NCBI GenBank assembly: GCA_002696275.1
Contig: NZRO01000039.1
Coordinates: 8,923 to 68,673 of the forward strand
Source of the DNA: Flavobacteriales bacterium
GTDB taxonomy: Bacteria; Bacteroidota; Bacteroidia; Flavobacteriales; BACL11
Reading direction: 5' to 3'
DNA length: 59,751 nucleotides
Within the stretch, counting starts at the first letter, position 1. Each line of letters begins with the position of its first letter. The position numbers and the translations under genes are program-made. The notes under the pieces were generated by a model. The model was not told the DNA's origin. It searched no databases and saw nothing but the letters and a program-made list of their open reading frames with translations. Below are positions 1 through 7,927 of this stretch, in pieces.

Positions 1-731
1 TTTTCCATAGTCATAATTTCATCTGCTACTATTTTCAAAGATTTAAGAGTTTCTTCTTGCGAATCTTGACCAGAGTCACTTTCTAATATTTTTGTATGTT
101 TTTCAAGAATATTTTTCAGTTGATTGTCTAATTTAAGAATATCTTTAATTTCATTCTTATTATTAGAAATATTTTTGGAGGTTAATTTATATATAACAAT
201 TAAGGAAACAATCAATAATAGACCAAGAAATAGAGAAATTAATGAGAGCATTGAAGTTTCGTCAGTTTTCGATTTTGTGTCTTCTATTTCATCTCTCTGA
301 TTAATTAATTTATGATTAACAGAATCTAATTGATTTTGATTATCATCCAGGGACGAATTTATATCCTTAATATCTTTTTGAATAATAACTGTTGATTCTC
401 CTAAATTGCTTTCAAGAACATTAATTTTACTATTAATTTCAGTCTCAAAGAATTTAAATTCACTGATTAATTTTGATATATCATCTGAAAGATTTTGGAT
501 ATCTTGTTTTAAATTAGAAATATCTTTTAATTCATTCTCAATAGTTAATATTTTTTTTTGAAGAATTTGCATGTTATTTTGGAGATTTTCCATTTCTTCA
601 GTCTTAACTAAAAGCTCAGAAACATTATTCTCTGCGGTAAGAGTTGTATCAGAGGGGATAGTTTCCATATTCTGTGCATTTATACATATTGAGATACACA
701 TAATGTTTAATAATAATATTTTTCTTTTCAT
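1..731 (-). CDS. Partial membrane-anchored coiled-coil protein (signal peptide, coiled coil, TM helix, cytoplasmic domain); GrpE-like family suspected; runs off the left edge
   Basis: Missing from the ORF track. Manual translation from ATG at 731 is open to the edge (243 codons): MKRKILLLNIMCISICINAQ..., heptad-rich region, TM MLSLISLFLGLLLIVSLIVIY, then ...LKLDNQLKNILEK...LKIVADEIMTME. Starts 10 bp downstream of the 742..2118 stop. Confidence 0.75.
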   Translation of the reverse strand, partial: MKRKILLLNIMCISICINAQNMETIPSDTTLTAENNVSELLVKTEEMENLQNNMQILQKKILTIENELKDISNLKQDIQNLSDDISKLISEFKFFETEINSKINVLESNLGESTVIIQKDIKDINSSLDDNQNQLDSVNHKLINQRDEIEDTKSKTDETSMLSLISLFLGLLLIVSLIVIYKLTSKNISNNKNEIKDILKLDNQLKNILEKHTKILESDSGQDSQEETLKSLKIVADEIMTME

Positions 732-741
732 TTTTTTATTT

Positions 742-2118
742 TTATTTATTGCTTATTATACTAAAAAAAGCAAATCCAGCGCCGAGCCAAAAGAAACCTG
801 GTTCGCCTATAACAGCAGCGCACCCACCTCCACATATAAGACAAATGATTATAGTAACTACCCATTCTTTATTGTTAGATGAACCTCCACTGTAAGATGA
901 ACCTCCACTGTAAGATGAACCTCCACTGTAAGATGAACCTCCTCCATAATTGGACGAACCATATCCATATGTAGATGAAGATTTGATATTTCTTTTTAAC
1001 TCTAATAATTCTCCATTGACTTTTTTAATAACTCTAAGATTTTCTATGATTGTTGATTTTATAGAACAATTAATTGAAGAAACTGCATTAGAAGCATCTT
1101 GAAGAACATCTACATACGACTTAAAGCTTGTTGAAGTAATTGTAGATTTATAACCCAATTTAAGTGCATTGTTTAAGGAATCCATTTCTTTATTGTAACA
1201 CATAATAACAGATCCATTGACTCTTGAATAAATTTCATCAATTAGATTTGTAAATTGAAAATTATTAACCCCCAAAATTCCTTTTAATTTATTTAAATCT
1301 GATTTTGTTTCTGAAACTAATTTTTTAAGTTGCTTAATAATTGAAGATTTTGAACTAACAATCGTAGAATTATTTTTAACAAAAGGAGCATTAAACAAAT
1401 CAAAAGAGTTAATTTTTGTATTTATCGAATCTAGTATTGATTTGACAATCTGATTCTCTATTTCTTTACGAATACTCTCCTCCTCAGAAAAAATTTCTAA
1501 CAATAATTTATTTTGATCATGTCTTGGAAAAAGTTCTTTCAACAAATACCTTGTATTCTGTATATACCTATCAATAAATAACTCTTGATTTATTTTACCA
1601 CTATTAGAAGTTATTAAACTTTCAAAACTTTTAAAAACAAAATTATCTTTTATTATTCTATATTTGTTTTTGATAGAATTCTTTACTCGTTCAGCATCTT
1701 GATGATTAGTATAGTTAATAATTTCTAGAGTAGAATGATTTAAAATAGAACTAAAAGAAGATGTGGAAATTTCAAAATTTCTACTACCCTTCCTAAAGCT
1801 TTCTAAGGCCTGATCAATATTCTTTTCTGAAGATAGTTTATTTAGAGCAATTTCATCAATCTTAGAACCATTTACAAACCAAAAAATCGAATATAATAAC
1901 TTATCTAAATCATCATGTATTTTTCTTTTTGCATCCGTAACTAATTCCTTGGTCCTTATTAATGAATTTAATGGGGGGGTTATATCAAATTTTAGATTAG
2001 TACTTTTACCAATTTCTAAATATCTAAGAATAAAAGTCTCTGATTCCAATGCATCTCTTGCAGATGTATTACTAATAATTCCTAAGATTCTAAAAGGATT
2101 ATTTTCTATAATATTCAT
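742..2118 (-). CDS. Hypothetical protein with J-domain-like N-terminus, helical body, Gly/Ser/Tyr linker and C-terminal double TM anchor
   Basis: 458 aa ORF. N-terminal NPFRILG resembles J-domain helix I, but there is no HPD motif. C-terminal hydrophobic segments WVVTIIICLICGGGCAAVI and GFFWLGAGFAFFSII. Confidence 0.7.
   Translation of the reverse strand: MNIIENNPFRILGIISNTSARDALESETFILRYLEIGKSTNLKFDITPPLNSLIRTKELVTDAKRKIHDDLDKLLYSIFWFVNGSKIDEIALNKLSSEKNIDQALESFRKGSRNFEISTSSFSSILNHSTLEIINYTNHQDAERVKNSIKNKYRIIKDNFVFKSFESLITSNSGKINQELFIDRYIQNTRYLLKELFPRHDQNKLLLEIFSEEESIRKEIENQIVKSILDSINTKINSFDLFNAPFVKNNSTIVSSKSSIIKQLKKLVSETKSDLNKLKGILGVNNFQFTNLIDEIYSRVNGSVIMCYNKEMDSLNNALKLGYKSTITSTSFKSYVDVLQDASNAVSSINCSIKSTIIENLRVIKKVNGELLELKRNIKSSSTYGYGSSNYGGGSSYSGGSSYSGGSSYSGGSSNNKEWVVTIIICLICGGGCAAVIGEPGFFWLGAGFAFFSIISNK
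877..942. repeat. In-frame 18-bp tandem repeat (AGATGAACCTCCACTGTA x3 plus 12-bp partial) encoding YSGGSS repeats
   Basis: Perfect copies at 877-894, 895-912 and 913-930, partial at 931-942; no spacers. Confidence 0.95.
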
Positions 2119-2138
2119 TGGTTACTGGTATAAGAAAA

Positions 2139-2146
2139 CAAATATA
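2139..2146 (-). promoter_or_regulatory. Bacteroidota -7 promoter element (TATATTTG) for the 742..2118 / 1..731 pair
   Basis: Exact TAnnTTTG match 20 bp upstream of the ATG at 2118. Confidence 0.55.
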
Positions 2147-2277
2147 AGAATAAAAATGAAAAAACTTACATTTAAAATATATTTAAAATAACTCAAGATA
2201 ATTGTGGAAAATCCAAAGAATGTTCACATTTTTTCGGAGATTTGCATTAAAAATAAACCCAGTCAATTAGCTTACGA

Positions 2278-3879
2278 TTATTCTATAATAATTTTTTTTT
2301 CAACTGTTCCGTCATCATAAATATAAAAAAGAGGAATATTTGCACTTTTTTTAACCTCTCTTCCTAAAAAATCTTTGATTTTAATTTGTTTTTTATTGAA
2401 TTTTGAACCTTCAAATCCTAATGGATTAATCATTGGAAGGACAAAGTCAACAACTACAGGGAAATGATCAGAAGCCTCTTTAGTGTCATTCCAAATTAAA
2501 TTATTCTGTAATAATAAAGAAGGACTCATATGCTCTGTTGATATAATAAATGATTTATCAGATGACATAACACTATTAGTAAAAAAGATGAAATCTAATC
2601 TTCCTGGAGGAAAATCTCCAACTGAAGGATTACTCTTATCCCATGTATATGCAATATTTTGCTCATTAAAATAACAAATTTGATCTTTCAGAGAAGTATT
2701 ATTCCAATCAGGAAAACCTCCACTTCCAAATGTAATAGTATCAGAAATTGTACCATTTAAAATAGTGTAATACTGCTCTGAATATCCAACTAAATTCATA
2801 TCTCCAGAAAATGAAATCGGTGTGTTGATTGGTAAATCTATAACGCCGCCTACTGATTTAGCATCATGTATAAATTGAATTAAAGCATCAAAATTTTCCT
2901 GCCTCCCCTGATTATTACTACAACATGGAGGATGACCATTTAGTATTAAAATATCTGTAGAATAAATACTATCGGGTAAATCTATTAATTCTGCATCAAT
3001 CCTATCAGCGACCTGCCAGGATTGTAATGATGGGTATTTGGATATTGTAAGATTACCTGAAATCATATCAGGAAATATATAAGGGTAACTTATAGGAACC
3101 GTGTTTAAGAAGTTAAGAACATCATTATAGCTTGTATTTCCACATTCCTGGTAGGTTACAATATCAGGATTAACACTTGTCAGTATCTTTCTATGCTTGT
3201 CAACACGACTATTGTTAATTAACCCATTACTCCAAACATTATAGGTCATAAGGCGTAAATTTCTTGGATTATTTTTAGAAAAATCAATAGGCGTTGTAGA
3301 TACTGATGAACAATTGTCAAAAATATATGTAAATTTATCACCATTGTCAGGCATAAAATCATTACCAATTTTTTCTCTTATAGAAATACATATAGTATCT
3401 GACAATAAAGTTCTATTTATAGCAATCTCAAATTCATCCGAACTGTATGTAGGAAGTGGAATAACATCTAAATCATAAAAAGAAAGGGTGTCAACGAAAT
3501 TAGGATCAGAATCGTCAAATATAAATTTATCATAAAAATTAATACCATATTCAGACCCAATATTATTTACATAAAAACCCGTGGATACATTGTTGTCAGC
3601 ATCGATATTAATCATCATTTCCGCGGGATTATAAAACTGTTCTGTTAGGTCAATTTCAGTATTACAACTAATCTTAATAAATAAATAATCATTATCGTTA
3701 CAGACACTAAAATCTAATAATTCTATGCCTTGAGAATCTGTAGAATCATCTACATAAGTATTAAGATTAAAATGAGTATTCCAGTCATTAAAAAAACCAT
3801 CTATCTTAATAATATTTTGTGAAGAAACATCAAATACAAATAACAATAAAATACAAGAAATATATATTACTTTTTTCAT
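2278..3879 (-). CDS. Secreted endonuclease/exonuclease/phosphatase (EEP) family protein with N-terminal accessory domain and short T9SS-like C-terminal tail
   Basis: Signal peptide; EEP motifs MTYNV, YQEC, GDMN, RLDFIF, SDHFPV; tail DFLGRE...PLFYIYDDGTVEKKIIIE. Confidence 0.8.
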   Translation of the reverse strand: MKKVIYISCILLLFVFDVSSQNIIKIDGFFNDWNTHFNLNTYVDDSTDSQGIELLDFSVCNDNDYLFIKISCNTEIDLTEQFYNPAEMMINIDADNNVSTGFYVNNIGSEYGINFYDKFIFDDSDPNFVDTLSFYDLDVIPLPTYSSDEFEIAINRTLLSDTICISIREKIGNDFMPDNGDKFTYIFDNCSSVSTTPIDFSKNNPRNLRLMTYNVWSNGLINNSRVDKHRKILTSVNPDIVTYQECGNTSYNDVLNFLNTVPISYPYIFPDMISGNLTISKYPSLQSWQVADRIDAELIDLPDSIYSTDILILNGHPPCCSNNQGRQENFDALIQFIHDAKSVGGVIDLPINTPISFSGDMNLVGYSEQYYTILNGTISDTITFGSGGFPDWNNTSLKDQICYFNEQNIAYTWDKSNPSVGDFPPGRLDFIFFTNSVMSSDKSFIISTEHMSPSLLLQNNLIWNDTKEASDHFPVVVDFVLPMINPLGFEGSKFNKKQIKIKDFLGREVKKSANIPLFYIYDDGTVEKKIIIE

Positions 3880-3992
3880 TGAGTTAATTTAATTAAAGCG
3901 AATAAAAAAAATTTAGTGAACAATTCCAAATTATATTTTAAGAAAATCTTTTTTTAATAAAACAATTATTTTCAAATAGACAATTATAAAAA

Positions 3993-4015
3993 TTATTTTT
4001 ATTTATTCTAAATAT
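3993..4015. promoter_or_regulatory. Putative Fur-like operator (TTATTTTTATTTATTCTAAATAT)
   Basis: 22/23 identical to the box at 19785..19807 in the iron-uptake promoter region. Confidence 0.45.
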
Positions 4016-4064
4016 AAATTTCTAAAAATCAAATAGTTGTACACAAGAAAAATAAATATTTAAT

Positions 4065-4072
4065 TATGTTTG
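4065..4072 (+). promoter_or_regulatory. Bacteroidota -7 promoter element (TATGTTTG)
   Basis: TAnnTTTG match 25 bp upstream of the ATG at 4098. Confidence 0.5.
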
Positions 4073-4097
4073 TATATGTATTATTAAAAATAAAACT

Positions 4098-4307
4098 ATG
4101 AACAAAGAATTATACAACATGCTTTTAAAATCAGCAGAAGCTGATAAAGCAAAAGCCTTACTATCATTAGAACTTTTAGGAAATAAATCTGTAGGTATTG
4201 GAGATCACTCAACAGAAGATTTCTATAAAAATGCGGAAGAAGCTCTTAGCATGCTAGTGGATGCAGACGATAGAATCAAAGCTCTCAATTCGTATTTCAA
4301 CAAGTAA
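4098..4307 (+). CDS. Small hypothetical protein (69 aa, two predicted helices around a VGIGDHST loop)
   Basis: Clean ORF with A-rich leader and own -7 element; not a shadow of any other gene. Confidence 0.75.
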   Translation: MNKELYNMLLKSAEADKAKALLSLELLGNKSVGIGDHSTEDFYKNAEEALSMLVDADDRIKALNSYFNK

Positions 4308-4341
4308 AATTACAAGTTATATAATCTATTCTTCTGAATAG

Positions 4342-5127
4342 CTATATGAAAAAATTACCACTAGAATATAAAACAGCCTGACCTCCAATTCTAACTCTTT
4401 CAGGAAGATTCTGACATTTTAAATAACCTCCTCGTTTTGAAAGTTGAGAAGATATCATTTTATCTTTCATAAGAAAGGTGGCCCAATATGGAATCAATGA
4501 ACAATGTGAAGAGCCTGTTACTGGATCTTCTAAAATAGTTGCCTGCGGAGTAAAATATCGAGAAACAAAATCTACATGATCTCCCTTTGAAGAAACAACT
4601 ACACCTCCAAAGCCTAAATTTATTTTATCAAAAAAATTTCTGTTAATTTCAATTTGCTCAACTTCTGCCTGATTTTCATATATTAGTAAATAATCTCTTG
4701 ATTTATAGATTTCCTTTGGTTGTATATTTAACGATTTTTCAATTTCTAAGGGCAAACTACTAGACACAGCTTTTCTAGAAGGGAAATCTAAAAAATAAAA
4801 ATCCTCAATTACTTCAACTATCAATTTACCACTCATAGTTTCAAAAAAAATTGTATCTGAACTATAATTTAAATAATTTTTAATCACAAAGGCAGTAGCT
4901 AAAGTTGCGTGACCACATAAGTCTATCTCTATATCTGGAGTGAACCATCTTAGTTTAAAACCATTTACTTCTGCAATAAAAAAAGCTGTTTCCGCCACAG
5001 AATTTTCTTGAGCTATTTTTAATAAAATCTCATCTTCTAACCACTCGTTCAATTGAACTACACAAGCCGGATTTCCTTCAAAAATCTTATTTGTAAATGA
5101 ATCTACTTGATAATATTTAAATTTCAT
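4342..5127 (-). CDS. PhzF family isomerase/epimerase-like protein
   Basis: QVDSFT...GNPA, AETAF, RWFTP.EIDLCGHAT, EDPVTGS motifs. Confidence 0.9.
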   Translation of the reverse strand: MKFKYYQVDSFTNKIFEGNPACVVQLNEWLEDEILLKIAQENSVAETAFFIAEVNGFKLRWFTPDIEIDLCGHATLATAFVIKNYLNYSSDTIFFETMSGKLIVEVIEDFYFLDFPSRKAVSSSLPLEIEKSLNIQPKEIYKSRDYLLIYENQAEVEQIEINRNFFDKINLGFGGVVVSSKGDHVDFVSRYFTPQATILEDPVTGSSHCSLIPYWATFLMKDKMISSQLSKRGGYLKCQNLPERVRIGGQAVLYSSGNFFI

Positions 5128-5283
5128 ATATATTGATAATTAATTAAACTAGTATTGTATAAAATCAAAATGTAAAATTTTAGAAAACAAATTTAACTGA
5201 ATTTGATGAATTGCAATTTATAATGTTTTTAAAATTAGTAATAATAAAATTCCTTGATTCAGAAATTCTTTAATTTAGCACAT

Positions 5284-5754
5284 ATGAAAATATTAATTAG
5301 AAAAGGCATAAAAAAAGATTTACCTCAGGTTTTATCATTAATCAAAGAGCTAGCAAAATTTGAAAACGCAGAACATGAAGTCACTATCTCAATAGATGAT
5401 TTAAAAAAAGATGGTTTTGGAAAGAATCCTTTTTTTCAATTTATAGTAGCTGTAGTTGATGAAAAAATAATTGGATTATCTTTTTATTTTATTAGATATT
5501 CAACTTGGAAAGGAAAATTTCTTTTTTTAGAAGATCTTATAGTTACAGAGAAGTTTAGAAACCAGGGTATTGGATCTAAATTATTTGAGGAAACAATAAA
5601 AATTTGTAAATCAGAGTCTATGAATGGAATGTTTTGGCAGGTTCTTGATTGGAATAAATCAGCAATTAAATTTTATAAAAAATATAACTCAAATATCAGT
5701 GGAGAATGGTTAAACGGTAAACTAACTAAAAATGATATTGAAAAAATTAATTAG
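5284..5754 (+). CDS. GNAT family N-acetyltransferase (diamine/SSAT-like)
   Basis: YSTWKG, LEDL, FRNQGIGSKL acetyl-CoA loop, VLDWN...FY. Start placed at ATG 5284 (MKILIRKG) rather than TTG 5254. Confidence 0.85.
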   Translation: MKILIRKGIKKDLPQVLSLIKELAKFENAEHEVTISIDDLKKDGFGKNPFFQFIVAVVDEKIIGLSFYFIRYSTWKGKFLFLEDLIVTEKFRNQGIGSKLFEETIKICKSESMNGMFWQVLDWNKSAIKFYKKYNSNISGEWLNGKLTKNDIEKIN

Positions 5755-5774
5755 ATTCCCTGATGCAGTCTTAA

Positions 5775-6812
5775 TTATTCAAAAATTATTTTTTTCTCAA
5801 CCTCACCATTATCATAGATGTATAATAGAGGTTTGTTTTTACATGTACTATTTTCTCTTCCCAGTATATCAACAATTCTAATAAGATTTTGAGATTTTAC
5901 AATATTAAAATCAATTTGATTTGTTGAGTTACAACCAATAAGACCATTCATGTCGAATTTAGACAAAAACTTCCACACCTCAGCACTAGCATTAATATCT
6001 TGATTTCCCCATGAACTAAAAGGGGAGGGCCAATCATGACCTCCATTTATAATTTTCAATTCTTCAACAGAAACACATCCATCTCCATTTTGCCATGAGT
6101 ACCTTTCAACAGTACTACCATCTGAGGTATTTAAATCTGGTAATTGTGTTGTTATTGGAAAAACATCCGTATTATTTGAATAAGCCCAGAAACTATCTAT
6201 AGACGCAACTGAAAAATACCATCCATTTTGGTCATTATATGGGTGTATGTCATCATCAGTTCCATTTATGCTTAGTACAGCTGTTGGGTGTGTTATACTA
6301 CAGCTTGAAAATGCCCCGTAAAAGGCAGCACCAGCAACGGAAGCGATTGCAGTTATTTTATTATTAAGCTGACAAGCTAACTCATAGGAAAACATACCTC
6401 CAAGTGAATATCCGCAAGCATATATTCTATTTAAGTCTATGTTATATTCAGATGATATTGTATCAATCAAAGTTTCAATAAAAAAGATATCTTTATGATC
6501 TGTTGGCTCTTTATGCAACCAATTTGTTGAGTTTCCATCACCCGGATCTTCAAGAGCTTGAGGATAAACCAATATAAAATTAGCAGTATCTGCTATAGAT
6601 CTGAAATCTGCTTCATAATTCATAAAGTCATTAGCATACCCGGAACCCCCATGAAATGCAAATAAAATTGGCGTCGAAATTGATGGTGAATAAGTTTGAG
6701 GAACATAAAGAATATATTCTCTGTTATTTCCATCATACCAAATGTTTTCAGTGGTTAACTGTTGTGATATAACAACATAAGGGAAGCATAATAATAAAAG
6801 TATTTTTTTCAT
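5775..6812 (-). CDS. Secreted PHB-depolymerase/LpqC-like serine esterase with short T9SS-like tail
   Basis: Signal peptide; FHGG oxyanion motif, GYSLGG nucleophile, NGTDD, GGHDWP; tail DILGRE...PLLYIYDNGEVEKKIIFE. Confidence 0.8.
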   Translation of the reverse strand: MKKILLLLCFPYVVISQQLTTENIWYDGNNREYILYVPQTYSPSISTPILFAFHGGSGYANDFMNYEADFRSIADTANFILVYPQALEDPGDGNSTNWLHKEPTDHKDIFFIETLIDTISSEYNIDLNRIYACGYSLGGMFSYELACQLNNKITAIASVAGAAFYGAFSSCSITHPTAVLSINGTDDDIHPYNDQNGWYFSVASIDSFWAYSNNTDVFPITTQLPDLNTSDGSTVERYSWQNGDGCVSVEELKIINGGHDWPSPFSSWGNQDINASAEVWKFLSKFDMNGLIGCNSTNQIDFNIVKSQNLIRIVDILGRENSTCKNKPLLYIYDNGEVEKKIIFE

Positions 6813-6978
6813 AAATCAAATTATTAATTTAAACAAAAATATTAAAAAAAAACAAGATTTCATCAAAATTAAAACTATCTTTTTAGGATTAAACTCACTT
6901 ATTTGAGCTTTAGTAAATAATTATTTTTTAAATCGATATTTTATTGTAACTTGAACTAAATTTTTAATTTAAAACCTA

Positions 6979-7338
6979 ATGAAGAATATAAAACTGTGTT
7001 TCATAATTTCTCTTACTATTATTCTTTTTTCTTGCTCCAAAAATGAACCAATATCAATGCGTTGGGACTTGACTGGATGCTCTAATCCATGGGACGACCA
7101 CTTTAGTTTAGATACATTTTCAACTGACAGTTACAATGCGGGTATATATAATTTCCTTACTGAAGAAGGAATAGCGGTTAATAATATAAAATCTGAATTT
7201 GATTCTTCAAAAGTAGAGTTATGTTATGCTTGTCATTGTAAAACCGGAACTATAATCATTATAAACATTTCAACTAAAAACAGAAAAAAACTAAAAAAGT
7301 TAGTTACGAACAATCAATTTGATTTGAGTTTTTACTAA
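6979..7338 (+). CDS. Hypothetical lipoprotein with GCSNPW and CYACHC motifs
   Basis: Lipobox ILFSC after a hydrophobic signal; 119 aa. Confidence 0.7.
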   Translation: MKNIKLCFIISLTIILFSCSKNEPISMRWDLTGCSNPWDDHFSLDTFSTDSYNAGIYNFLTEEGIAVNNIKSEFDSSKVELCYACHCKTGTIIIINISTKNRKKLKKLVTNNQFDLSFY

Positions 7339-7498
7339 AACAAATCTAAAGGAAATTCATTAAATATCAGTTGTATATCTATATAAAAAACACCCTGAAT
7401 TTATAGTGAGATTTTAATAATATCTTAATTAATAAATACATTTGTAAGGATTACCCCTCATAAATCTTCTTTTGGTAGAATAAAATAATCATATCAAT

Positions 7499-7927
7499 TT
7501 ATTTTGCTTGAGCGTTTTCAAGTATATAAACACAACGATAAATATCATCAGCATTTAACTTTAAAACTCCTGTGATAGTTGCAAATTGATCCATAAAAAA
7601 AGAATCATTAACTGATTTTAAACTTAATTCTATTACCGTTTCTGGACCTCCAGCTCCACAAAAAAAACAGGATGCAAAAGGTCCTTTAGAAAGAACATAA
7701 TAACCATTATCAGGGTCTAATGCTAGAATATATCCACTAATTGATACTTTTTTATCATGAATTTCTTTAACACTAGGACCGAAATATGGATATAAAACAT
7801 ATTCACCTATTGAATCAATATACATATCTGAAAATTGAACATCTTCTAAATCCTCCCAATTAATTTGGGTTTGACAAAAACTTAATTTTATAATAAATAA
7901 AAAAATGATGATTAAATACCTATGCAT
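7499..7927 (-). CDS. DUF3299 family protein
   Basis: Signal peptide, INWEDL, ISGY, SCFFCGAGGPETVIEL; last gene of the ABC operon (8-bp overlap). Confidence 0.8.
   Translation of the reverse strand: MHRYLIIIFLFIIKLSFCQTQINWEDLEDVQFSDMYIDSIGEYVLYPYFGPSVKEIHDKKVSISGYILALDPDNGYYVLSKGPFASCFFCGAGGPETVIELSLKSVNDSFFMDQFATITGVLKLNADDIYRCVYILENAQAK

Noticed and set aside
571-882. Plus-strand 103-aa ORF (also 1949..2191 and 2483..2674)
   Set aside because: Antisense shadows of longer minus-strand genes; no recognisable motifs.
877-942. Direct repeats as a possible mini-CRISPR array
   Set aside because: Units are head-to-tail with no spacers, 18 bp long, in frame within a CDS, and no cas genes are present.
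6899-6920. TTATTT-N10-AAATAA as another Fur-like box
   Set aside because: Spacing is one base short and the core lacks ATTCTAAAT-like sequence; expected by chance in AT-rich DNA.
7339-7498. 160-bp spacer between convergent genes as a possible ncRNA or small ORF
   Set aside because: No convincing stem-loop, riboswitch motif or ORF longer than a few codons was seen.
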